Shown here: piece by piece, positions 38,896 to 46,215 of the stretch
Position numbering within the stretch: position 1 is the first letter of the stretch
Layout of the letters: every line of letters starts with the position of its first letter
Program-made: the position numbers and the translations under genes
Sequence record: MT135025.1
DNA length: 64,000 bases
Strand: one strand, 5' to 3'
The notes under the pieces: model-generated
Databases searched by the model: none
Told to the model about the DNA's origin: nothing
What the model saw: the letters and a program-made list of their open reading frames with translations, nothing else

Positions 38896-40080
38896 CTAAG
38901 CGACGAACGCGACACGCTGTACGATTGTCTGTTTTTCGTCGCGAAACTCGTCGTGAGCTTTTACAGTCGCTTTTACAGTTACTGTAGTGCCGTTCTCAAT
39001 CTTTTCGCCTTCTTTATCGCGTAGACGAGTTGATCCAAACCACACGATTAGGTTGTTTTGTTCGTCGCGGAAATGATGAATGAACGTGTCGCCATAGTAG
39101 CCTTCAGATACGATGACCTTTTCAAGTGTCACATTGAAGTTTTCACGTTTTTTGATGATGCCGACGTGCTCAGATTCCGGCAACTCTGCTTTACGTTCAG
39201 CTTCGCGTTTAGCTAGAATCTCACGCTCTTTTGCTTTGTTAAAAGCCAAGATAGCTGCCGCAATGTAACCAGTCTGTTTGTACTCGATGAATGGAGCAGC
39301 ACATGACGCGATAACATTGTGCATGAAATCGTTCGTCGCTTCTTGAGTTGAAACCCATTCTAAGATCTCTTTTGCTTGCTCTTCACACTTATCGTAATCG
39401 TATTCCGCAAGCATTGCATCACGCTCTTCACGCAGTGCTGGTGAGCCAACATTAATCATGTCGATAACCCACTGACGAGTCACACCACCGCCATGGTAAC
39501 AGCCTTTGTGCTCAACATACATAGCAGCCCATGTAACAATCTGAAGTGCGTTGTATGAGATTTTACGAGAACCACCACCCCATGACTCTTCATCACCGAA
39601 ATCAGCGATTGCAGTGTAGAACGTAGCTAGTGAGTCGATGGATTTAGTTGGTAGGTAGTATTTCAAGCATGAACCGCCAACGCGCATTTCTTCTTTCGTC
39701 TCTTCATTTTGAATGACGTAGGTTACATTACGCTGACGTTTAGTGTTGCAGTGATCGCAAGTTGTGTCACCTAGAAGATGACGATGATTAGTCTCGTTGT
39801 TAGAGCGAACAAGATTTGTTGCGTGGTCAAGTTGAGTCAAGAAAGACCAACCTTTAGTTGACGGGTATTCACCGCGAATAGTAACATCAACGTAATATTC
39901 ACGATATTTTTGATGATTGATGATAATGATTTCTGAGTACACTTCACCGAACTCAAATGTGATTTCAGCAACACCAAGACGTTTTGCAATCTTGTTAGTA
40001 GATGCAACACGCGCTTCGAACTCGCTCATGTAGATTGATTTGATTGTGTAAGTGTTTTCGAATTTGTTTAGTGAAGTCAT
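38896..40080 (-). CDS. Conserved phage protein with a Cys cluster (Zn-binding) and a C-terminal OB-like domain
   Basis: 'CDHCNTKRQRNVTYV...VGGSCL' and 'SEHVG..KKRENFNVT...GYYGDTFIHHFRD..NNLIVWFGS...TVKATVKAHDEF..EKQTIVQR'. Confidence 0.75.
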   Translation of the reverse strand: MTSLNKFENTYTIKSIYMSEFEARVASTNKIAKRLGVAEITFEFGEVYSEIIIINHQKYREYYVDVTIRGEYPSTKGWSFLTQLDHATNLVRSNNETNHRHLLGDTTCDHCNTKRQRNVTYVIQNEETKEEMRVGGSCLKYYLPTKSIDSLATFYTAIADFGDEESWGGGSRKISYNALQIVTWAAMYVEHKGCYHGGGVTRQWVIDMINVGSPALREERDAMLAEYDYDKCEEQAKEILEWVSTQEATNDFMHNVIASCAAPFIEYKQTGYIAAAILAFNKAKEREILAKREAERKAELPESEHVGIIKKRENFNVTLEKVIVSEGYYGDTFIHHFRDEQNNLIVWFGSTRLRDKEGEKIENGTTVTVKATVKAHDEFRDEKQTIVQRVAFVA

Positions 40081-40122
40081 AATATTCTCTCTTGTTGTGG
40101 ACGATTCGTTTCGTTGATAGAG

Positions 40123-40151
40123 ATATTACGGCTTTTTGGTGTAGTCGTCAA
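40123..40151 (-). promoter_or_regulatory. sigma70-type (early) promoter
   Basis: TTGACG-17 nt-TAATAT upstream of the 394-aa gene. Confidence 0.8.
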
Positions 40152-40161
40152 CCAATAGATA

Positions 40162-40187
40162 CAAAAAAAGCGCAAAATGCGCTTTTT
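40162..40187. terminator. Intrinsic terminator
   Basis: AAAAAAAGCGC-AAAAT-GCGCTTTTT; the minus strand has a 7-U tract. Confidence 0.75.
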
Positions 40188-40284
40188 AATTATCAATCAG
40201 GTAAGAAATCTGCTGACTCGGGGTGAATTTGTGTTTTTCAGCACGCGCTTCAGTCAATTCAGTTGACTCTTAGGATGTTTTCAT
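40186..40284 (-). pseudogene. Short ORF interrupted by an in-frame TAA at codon 5
   Basis: Reads MKTS*ESTELTEARAEKHKFTPSQQISYLIDN*. Weak GAAGAG RBS; fills the gap between the 320-aa gene and the terminator. Confidence 0.35.
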
Positions 40285-40295
40285 TTATTGCTCTT

Positions 40296-41258
40296 CTATT
40301 TATCTAAGTTAAAAATTGTAACATCATCATGAGTCACAAACGATGGTTTGTAGCCGTATTGCGGACCAAGGCGATTGAATAACCGCTTGTACAGACTGAT
40401 TCGTTTCTCGTTCCCATCTTTGATTGATGTTGCAATTGTCTCACAGTTGTATTTCTTAGCAAAGTTCACTGTTTCATTGACTACCGTTGCAAATACTTTC
40501 ATTGGGTTTTCAGAAGCAGTCAGATCATTAGTCCAGCCACTCTCACCGCGAACTTGAAAATGCACCTCAACAGCTTGTACAAACTCAGGCGGATTGAAAT
40601 TGAAAATCTCATCATTACCACCCCAATCAATGCCTCGCGGTATTAGAATGACGCGATAAACTTGTTTACCTATCTGAAATAGACCCTCGATTGGTTTCTT
40701 GTCACCCACGGGAACGTCGCCTTTCGGGTACATGACTTTCGCGGGCTTGTCAAGTGATTCCGTCAAATTAACCGAAGACAGCCACTCGCGCCATGTCTTT
40801 TTATTTCCGATTTTCGCAAACGGAATATCGTCATGGTCTAGCCACTGTGCCGAGCGGTCATACGACTGAGAAGTATCAAATCCGCGGTAATCATCGCCAA
40901 CCCATAGCCATTTATGATGCCAGATTTGATTGACTTGACGTGGCTTAGAAACAGCACCGTCTTTGTAAGTGATCATCATACCCGCGGCTGGTTCCTGTAC
41001 AGTGTCAAATTCAACTGAGTCATAGAACGCAACGCCACCTTTTTTATAGTCAATTCGGACAATGTTCGGTGTGAATTGCGGATTTGCTATTGATACTTGA
41101 GTACGAGCATCAGCAACCATTTGCTTGAACTCGTCAGGAACATAGTCAACGTGAACATATAATGAACCGCCAATGTCTTTACCAACGCCCCATTTGCTGC
41201 GTTTTACTGCACTACCTTTTCGGGTTTTTAATGTAGCGCGTTCAAAAATTATGCTCAT
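40296..41258 (-). CDS. Two-domain hypothetical protein, probable gp21-processed internal head protein
   Basis: 320 aa. I-F-E at the N-terminus and L-T-E at residues 165-167 separate two domains; second gene of a late operon. Confidence 0.75.
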   Translation of the reverse strand: MSIIFERATLKTRKGSAVKRSKWGVGKDIGGSLYVHVDYVPDEFKQMVADARTQVSIANPQFTPNIVRIDYKKGGVAFYDSVEFDTVQEPAAGMMITYKDGAVSKPRQVNQIWHHKWLWVGDDYRGFDTSQSYDRSAQWLDHDDIPFAKIGNKKTWREWLSSVNLTESLDKPAKVMYPKGDVPVGDKKPIEGLFQIGKQVYRVILIPRGIDWGGNDEIFNFNPPEFVQAVEVHFQVRGESGWTNDLTASENPMKVFATVVNETVNFAKKYNCETIATSIKDGNEKRISLYKRLFNRLGPQYGYKPSFVTHDDVTIFNLDK

Positions 41259-41260
41259 TA

Positions 41261-41854
41261 TTACCTCGTTGCTGCGTTTGTGATATTTCTGATCATACGC
41301 ACTGCGAATTGAGTGTCGCCTGTCATGGCTGCTGACGCCGCCTTATCGACGTAAAACGTGCTATCTTCGATCATGTTCAAGTGATGGTAGATTTCACGAA
41401 AATCATGGCGGTCGAACTCTTTAGTGGTGAAACGAAGCGCGCCTGCTTTCTTGTCATCGTCGTGAACACGTTTGTATTCATCAATGACTCGAATCATTTC
41501 ACTAGCGTATTTCTTCATTTCCATGTTATCGAGCTTCAAACGTTTTGCTGCTTGAATTACCTCGTCACGAGGACGCTCAAGTTCAATCGCATCTTTAAGA
41601 ATGTTCAGGCTGTGAATGGTATTCACTGCTGCCTTTTCCATTTGTAATTTGTGATCTTCAAGCGTTCGATTATGCTTTCTCAACTCACCAGTTGCGGTAG
41701 CACTTGCAATCAAGCCAGCAAAAACTCCCCAGAACCCGCCTTTACGCTGCAAGCGTTTCTTAACTTCGCCTTTCGAACCTGCTGTAATTGCTTGAAATTG
41801 AGCCCATTTGCCGCTTTTTCTTGCTTTATCCATTTCTGTTAAAAATTCAATCAT
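41261..41854 (-). CDS. Hypothetical helical protein, probable internal head protein
   Basis: 197 aa. Begins MIEFLTE-M, has a Gly-rich hydrophobic 'GGFWGVFAGLIASATATG', and a late promoter upstream. Confidence 0.75.
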   Translation of the reverse strand: MIEFLTEMDKARKSGKWAQFQAITAGSKGEVKKRLQRKGGFWGVFAGLIASATATGELRKHNRTLEDHKLQMEKAAVNTIHSLNILKDAIELERPRDEVIQAAKRLKLDNMEMKKYASEMIRVIDEYKRVHDDDKKAGALRFTTKEFDRHDFREIYHHLNMIEDSTFYVDKAASAAMTGDTQFAVRMIRNITNAATR

Positions 41855-41879
41855 AGTTTTAACCCCTTATTGTTTACTG

Positions 41880-41887
41880 TATTTAGA
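41880..41887 (-). promoter_or_regulatory. Late promoter variant
   Basis: TCTAAATA on the minus strand, about 25 nt upstream of ATG 41854. Confidence 0.75.
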
Positions 41888-41895
41888 CGTAAACG

Positions 41896-41922
41896 AAAAA
41901 AGGGCGACCGAAGTCACCCTTT
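41896..41922 (-). terminator. Intrinsic terminator with a UUCG loop
   Basis: Minus strand AAAGGGTGAC-TTCG-GTCGCCCTTTTTT. Confidence 0.85.
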
Positions 41923-41936
41923 AACAGTTGGTTAAA

Positions 41937-42563
41937 TTAACCGTAGATTGCTTTGATGTTATCAAAGAACGAAGAAGATTTATTTACCTTCGCGATTACG
42001 TAGGTAGCATTCATCCGAACCATGTTCGATACGTTGATTTTTTCAAGCTCTTCTTTATCGAGATTTGCATCAGTGACAAGTTTTAGAATGTCGCGTGCAT
42101 TGTCTCGCAATGCAATTGATGTCAGATAGCGAATTTGCTGCTTTGCTTCAAGTGATTTGAATGCATCAATCGCATCTTGACCAGCAACTGCAACTGAAAG
42201 ACCCAGCCCGCGATTAAGTGCGCGAGTCAAAAGCTTCTCCATGCCTTCGATTGGCTTGCGTGGCGTCGCTCGTTTTGGGATGTCGATAGCTAGACGACCT
42301 TTGTTTTTCAGCGAGTAAACGTGAACTTCACGAACGCCGTACTTCTCAAATCGTGTTACGATGATCTCATCAGAGTTCTGTACGTTATCTTGTACACGTC
42401 GTCGTAGAGTTTCGTTGTACTCGCCGCCATTTAGTGCATAGACAAGTTCAGCAACGGTTAGATCACGATGTGAAAGTAGCTCGATAATCGCAGGGCGAAA
42501 GTTTTTGCTGCTAACTTTGTCATTTGAAGCAAGTGCTTTGCGTACGATTTCAACGTTTTTCAT
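41937..42563 (-). CDS. Hypothetical protein with a possible N-terminal winged-helix domain
   Basis: 'RPAIIELLSHRDLTVAELVYAL...RRRVQDNVQ....IVTRFEKYGVREVHVYSL' has ArsR-like wHTH spacing. Confidence 0.65.
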   Translation of the reverse strand: MKNVEIVRKALASNDKVSSKNFRPAIIELLSHRDLTVAELVYALNGGEYNETLRRRVQDNVQNSDEIIVTRFEKYGVREVHVYSLKNKGRLAIDIPKRATPRKPIEGMEKLLTRALNRGLGLSVAVAGQDAIDAFKSLEAKQQIRYLTSIALRDNARDILKLVTDANLDKEELEKINVSNMVRMNATYVIAKVNKSSSFFDNIKAIYG

Positions 42564-42579
42564 AATATATTTCTCTCAA

Positions 42580-42855
42580 TTAAATTTCTTTCTCGACGGG
42601 AACTTGAATTTCATCAAATTGCGTATCGTGGTATTGCTCATACGCTTCGTGAAAGCTATCAAGTTCATCGTCAACTATAATCTGTTCGCCGGTCTCGAAA
42701 ACATACATGATGCTATCGTATAAACCAGTGGCAGTATTGTACATTGGTTCAGTTGTGAATCTCACACCGCACGGCGTGAAAAGCTCAATTCTGACTTCAG
42801 GGACTGGGACTTGCTCTGCATTGTGTACTGCAAAGGCTTGTTCTAATCTAGTCAT
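42580..42855 (-). CDS. Hypothetical acidic protein
   Basis: 91 aa from ATG 42855 after a GAGAG RBS. Confidence 0.7.
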   Translation of the reverse strand: MTRLEQAFAVHNAEQVPVPEVRIELFTPCGVRFTTEPMYNTATGLYDSIMYVFETGEQIIVDDELDSFHEAYEQYHDTQFDEIQVPVEKEI

Positions 42856-42916
42856 AATGTGCTCTCTGTATTGTCTCAACGAAAACAAGTTTAGGTCAAG
42901 ACAATACTAATGTCAA

Positions 42917-43405
42917 TTACTTTTTGCGCCATTTTGCAAGTTTTTCATCGTATTCACTGTGCTTCCACAAATCAAACACGATAGTACCGCTCTGGAACCA
43001 CCACACAAGTGAGATTGTATCATTCAGCTTAGGATCTTTAGGGTTCTTTCCTAAGTAAAGCTCAGTACTCGGGTGCGAGTGGTAGATTGCTTTTTTGACA
43101 GCGAACTTATATCCGCCTTCTGGCATACCAATTTCTTTTGGTGGGTAGATATTACCCAGATACGCTACTTGATATACTGTGTTTTTGAACACAACACGAG
43201 CCGAGTCAATATTGAAAAGCAAGTTTTGATACTTAGCAGCATTCGGGGCAATCTTCCATTTATTCTTAGGCTTGGTTTCGAGTAGTTTATCAATCTCGGG
43301 TTCTGGTATCAATTTACCGAGATTGTGATTTCCCCATTCTTCCTCAAGAGAAAGACTAATATGAATGCCGTAAAGCGTGTTTTCATATTCGTTAAATCGA
43401 AGCAT
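42917..43405 (-). CDS. Hypothetical protein, probable internal head protein with a RelE/YafQ/HigB-like C-terminal motif
   Basis: N-terminus MLRFNEY...LSLEE and C-terminus 'IYHSH...NDTISLVWWFQSGTIVFDLWKHSEYD'. Confidence 0.7.
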   Translation of the reverse strand: MLRFNEYENTLYGIHISLSLEEEWGNHNLGKLIPEPEIDKLLETKPKNKWKIAPNAAKYQNLLFNIDSARVVFKNTVYQVAYLGNIYPPKEIGMPEGGYKFAVKKAIYHSHPSTELYLGKNPKDPKLNDTISLVWWFQSGTIVFDLWKHSEYDEKLAKWRKK

Positions 43406-43409
43406 GTTG

Positions 43410-43916
43410 TTACCTCAGATAAGTGAAGCTATTTGAATTGCGTTCATGAACTAACAATTCACCGCGAAGCTTAACCCAATGTTCAATTGTCTTTAGATCG
43501 TGCGAGTCTCGACGACCGATGTGCCAATCATGAATGATTTCAGCCGATAACGGTTGATATAATTCATCACCGCGACGATATGTAGGCATCCATTTAGGTT
43601 TGAATTCATCTTCGACCTTAATCGCATCAACTGGATCGACTAGAACTACGTCAACACGTTCTAAATGCTCGTGAGATTCAACGTCAACGAATTCAGTGTC
43701 TTTGGCATCTGATTCATCGACTAAATCACAACGAGTCTCAGAATCAATTACAGCGCATTCTAGCGGTACTTCGGTTTGAGATACGATTTCATGAGCGATA
43801 AGCTCTTCGATCATTTTGCTCTTGGTAAGTGATTTGTCAAGTTCGATGTCATAATGTTTCAACGCGAATTCAGCGACACCTCGCTTAGTCTGTTTCTTTA
43901 GATATTCAGTAATCAT
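43410..43916 (-). CDS. inh: Inh-like protein, paralogue 2
   Basis: ATG 43916 after AGGA. 'VAEFALKHYDIELDKSLTKSKMIEEL' and end 'IEHWVKLRGELLVHERNSNSFTYLR'. Confidence 0.75.
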   Translation of the reverse strand: MITEYLKKQTKRGVAEFALKHYDIELDKSLTKSKMIEELIAHEIVSQTEVPLECAVIDSETRCDLVDESDAKDTEFVDVESHEHLERVDVVLVDPVDAIKVEDEFKPKWMPTYRRGDELYQPLSAEIIHDWHIGRRDSHDLKTIEHWVKLRGELLVHERNSNSFTYLR

Positions 43917-43924
43917 ATTATTCC

Positions 43925-44131
43925 TTAGCAATTAATAGTGACCCATTCGTTTTGGTTCAAGTCAAAGAATGTCAGAGTATCGACACAACGTTCATTCTTC
44001 CTCATTTCTTCGCGATTCGTTTCAAGAACAGGCAAATAATGCTTGCACAATGTGGCGTGATATTGGCACCCGTCGCGTTCTAATTTAAGACATCCTTGCG
44101 TCATACAGGACATCATTTCTTCTCGTGTCAT
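43925..44131 (-). CDS. Small protein, possibly WYL_2/Sm-like family
   Basis: 'HATLCKHYLP...TLTFFDLNQNEWVTI' resembles the xTL..lp...vfDlexxxW pattern. Confidence 0.55.
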   Translation of the reverse strand: MTREEMMSCMTQGCLKLERDGCQYHATLCKHYLPVLETNREEMRKNERCVDTLTFFDLNQNEWVTINC

Positions 44132-44144
44132 GATTTTAGACCTC

Positions 44145-44152
44145 TATAAATA
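44145..44152 (+). promoter_or_regulatory. Late promoter for uvsW
   Basis: TATAAATA. uvsW is also late-expressed in T4. Confidence 0.85.
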
Positions 44153-44162
44153 CAGTTATACA

Positions 44163-44170
44163 TATTTAGA
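44163..44170 (-). promoter_or_regulatory. Late promoter variant for the 68aa-inh2-162aa operon
   Basis: TCTAAATA on the minus strand. Confidence 0.7.
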
Positions 44171-44194
44171 CAAAACTCGCATAGAGAGAAAAAC

Positions 44195-45718
44195 ATGACA
44201 GATATTAAAATTGAGTACTTCGATGAGAGTTATGCGAGAGTCGTAGCCGAGCCAAGCATTACTCATGAAATGATTGATTACTTTTCATTTCTAACTGACG
44301 GGTACAAATTCAACCCTAAATTTAAAATGGGCATATGGGATGGCAAGATTCGACTAATGACGTATCAAGGTCTATTACCATACGGTCTAGTCGGTCAAGC
44401 TAAAGCGTTTGCATCAAACATGATGTACACGATTGAAACTGATCCACTACTTGATCCGATTGAGAAAATTTCTCGTGAAGATTTTGAAGCATGGGTTGCT
44501 TCTCTTGATATTTACGGTGGCAGCAATAAAATTAGCCCGTACTGGTATCAAATGGATTCAGTATTTCACGGTATTAACAATCAGCACAGCCTTTTGAATC
44601 TACCAACATCTGCGGGTAAGTCGCTGATTCAGTCACTTTTGACACGTTGGTTTTTAGAAAATCACGAAGCTCAGAAAGTGTTGATTATCGTCCCAACGAC
44701 TGCACTAGTTCAGCAAATGCGTGACGACTTTTTAGACTATCGCTTGTTTGAACATGGTGACATATATCAAATTCGAGGTGGCGTAGATAGAGACGCAATC
44801 GGAGATTGTCGTATTGTTGTTTCAACATGGCAATCGGCTGTTAAGCAAGATAAAGCATGGTTCGATCAGTTCGGTATGCTTCTAGTCGATGAATGTCACT
44901 TAGCAACGGGTAAGTCGCTTGACGGCATCATCAAAAAAATGACCAGTTGTGAATACAAAATCGGTCTTACTGGTTCACTTAGAGACGGTAAAGCTAATAT
45001 TCTACAGTACGTGGGTTCATTTGGTGATATTTTCAGACCTGTATCGACTGCACAGCTAATGGAAGAAGGGCAAGTAACTGATCTGAAGATCAATTGCTTG
45101 ATGCTTGAATATCCTCAGCCACTACGTGATGAAATGAAAGGCAGTTCATATCAAGAAGAAATGAAATTCATTCTTGAGAACAAACAGCGAAATCGTTACC
45201 TGATTAAGCTTGCTCATCATCTGAGTGCTAAGAAAGGCGAGAACACGCTATTACTGTTCAAGAACATCAAACATGGTAAATTGCTTTACGAAGCATTGAA
45301 GAAAGTATACGACCCTGAGAAAGTGTTCTACGTATCAGGTGAAACTAAGACTGACGACCGTACACATGTTAAGAAAATTGCAGAAGATATTGACGGGGCA
45401 GTTATTGTCGCATCATACGGTGTATTCTCGACTGGTATCAGTATCAAGAAACTACACAACGTAATTTTCGCACACCCGACAAAGAGTAAGATCATCAACT
45501 TACAGTCGATTGGTCGTATTCTACGTAAGCACGGTTCGAAAGTTACTGCGAAGCTGTTTGACATTATCGACAACTTAGCGATCAAGCCGAAACGAGCTAA
45601 CGCTAAGAAGCCGTATACGCATGTCAATTATACTATGAAGCATGGGATGCAGCGTATTGAGCTTTACAACCAAGAAGAGTTCAAGTACGCAGTCAAAAAA
45701 GTTGACCTTGCTGCATAA
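44195..45718 (+). CDS. uvsW: UvsW DNA/RNA-DNA helicase
   Basis: 'WDGKIRL', 'PYWYQ', 'LPTSAGKSLI', 'VDECH', 'GLTGS', 'ASYGVFSTGISIK', 'LQSIGRILR'. Confidence 0.97.
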   Translation: MTDIKIEYFDESYARVVAEPSITHEMIDYFSFLTDGYKFNPKFKMGIWDGKIRLMTYQGLLPYGLVGQAKAFASNMMYTIETDPLLDPIEKISREDFEAWVASLDIYGGSNKISPYWYQMDSVFHGINNQHSLLNLPTSAGKSLIQSLLTRWFLENHEAQKVLIIVPTTALVQQMRDDFLDYRLFEHGDIYQIRGGVDRDAIGDCRIVVSTWQSAVKQDKAWFDQFGMLLVDECHLATGKSLDGIIKKMTSCEYKIGLTGSLRDGKANILQYVGSFGDIFRPVSTAQLMEEGQVTDLKINCLMLEYPQPLRDEMKGSSYQEEMKFILENKQRNRYLIKLAHHLSAKKGENTLLLFKNIKHGKLLYEALKKVYDPEKVFYVSGETKTDDRTHVKKIAEDIDGAVIVASYGVFSTGISIKKLHNVIFAHPTKSKIINLQSIGRILRKHGSKVTAKLFDIIDNLAIKPKRANAKKPYTHVNYTMKHGMQRIELYNQEEFKYAVKKVDLAA

Positions 45719-45726
45719 TAGATACG

Positions 45727-45754
45727 AAAAAGGGAGCAAATTGCTCCCTTTTTT
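45727..45754. terminator. Bidirectional terminator
   Basis: AAAAAGGGAGCAA-A-TTGCTCCCTTTTTT. Confidence 0.8.
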
Positions 45755-45755
45755 A

Positions 45756-45866
45756 TTAGTCAGAAAAGATTGCCGAGAGAATCGCACCGATTAACTCGAA
45801 CAGAAATTCAAATGGCGCCCAGAGCCAGTCGAAAAACCCACGATCTCGTTTACGATCTCTGCTCAT
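45756..45866 (-). CDS. 36-aa small membrane peptide (not in the ORF track)
   Basis: MSRDRKRDRGFFDWLWAPFEFLFELIGAILSAIFSD*. Basic N-terminus plus an amphipathic/hydrophobic helix; AAGG RBS. Confidence 0.65.
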   Translation of the reverse strand: MSRDRKRDRGFFDWLWAPFEFLFELIGAILSAIFSD

Positions 45867-45870
45867 ACCT

Positions 45871-46041
45871 TTACCCGTTTAGAAGTTGTGTTTCGACAAG
45901 TTGCTGATCGCCGCCAGATTCAGAAATAGCCATTTCTGCTAGATGTTGCTGACATTGACCTGCGTGAACTGTGCCTTGTGGCGTATCAATCGTGACATCG
46001 CCTTCTTTGATAGGTTGCTTGCATACAACACAATGTGCCAT
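45871..46041 (-). CDS. uvsY.-2: T4 uvsY.-2-like small Zn-ribbon protein
   Basis: MAHCVVCKQPI...TPQGTVHAGQC...ISES....LVETQLL matches T4 uvsY.-2 (CVVCKTPI...GPVHPGPC...ETQLL). Confidence 0.85.
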   Translation of the reverse strand: MAHCVVCKQPIKEGDVTIDTPQGTVHAGQCQQHLAEMAISESGGDQQLVETQLLNG

Positions 46042-46214
46042 TAGTCTAACCCCGATTTTGTAAGTGATTGGTAGAGTGCGAAGTCGTTGACTTGCAATGA
46101 GCCATTCAATTCCCACCCGTCGTTTAGTAGCTCTTGCACCTCTTCTTCGAATTCATCTGCGAACTCGTGACGCCGAGATACTACTTTGTATTTATGTCTA
46201 AGCCAGTTCTGCAT
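46041..46214 (-). CDS. 57-aa protein, DUF1737-like (not in the ORF track)
   Basis: MQNWLRHKYKVVSRRHEFADEFEEEVQELLNDGWELNGSLQVNDFALYQSLTKSGLD*. Motif V..LL.DGWEL.G...YQ; coupled to both neighbours. Confidence 0.65.
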   Translation of the reverse strand: MQNWLRHKYKVVSRRHEFADEFEEEVQELLNDGWELNGSLQVNDFALYQSLTKSGLD

Positions 46215-46215
46215 A

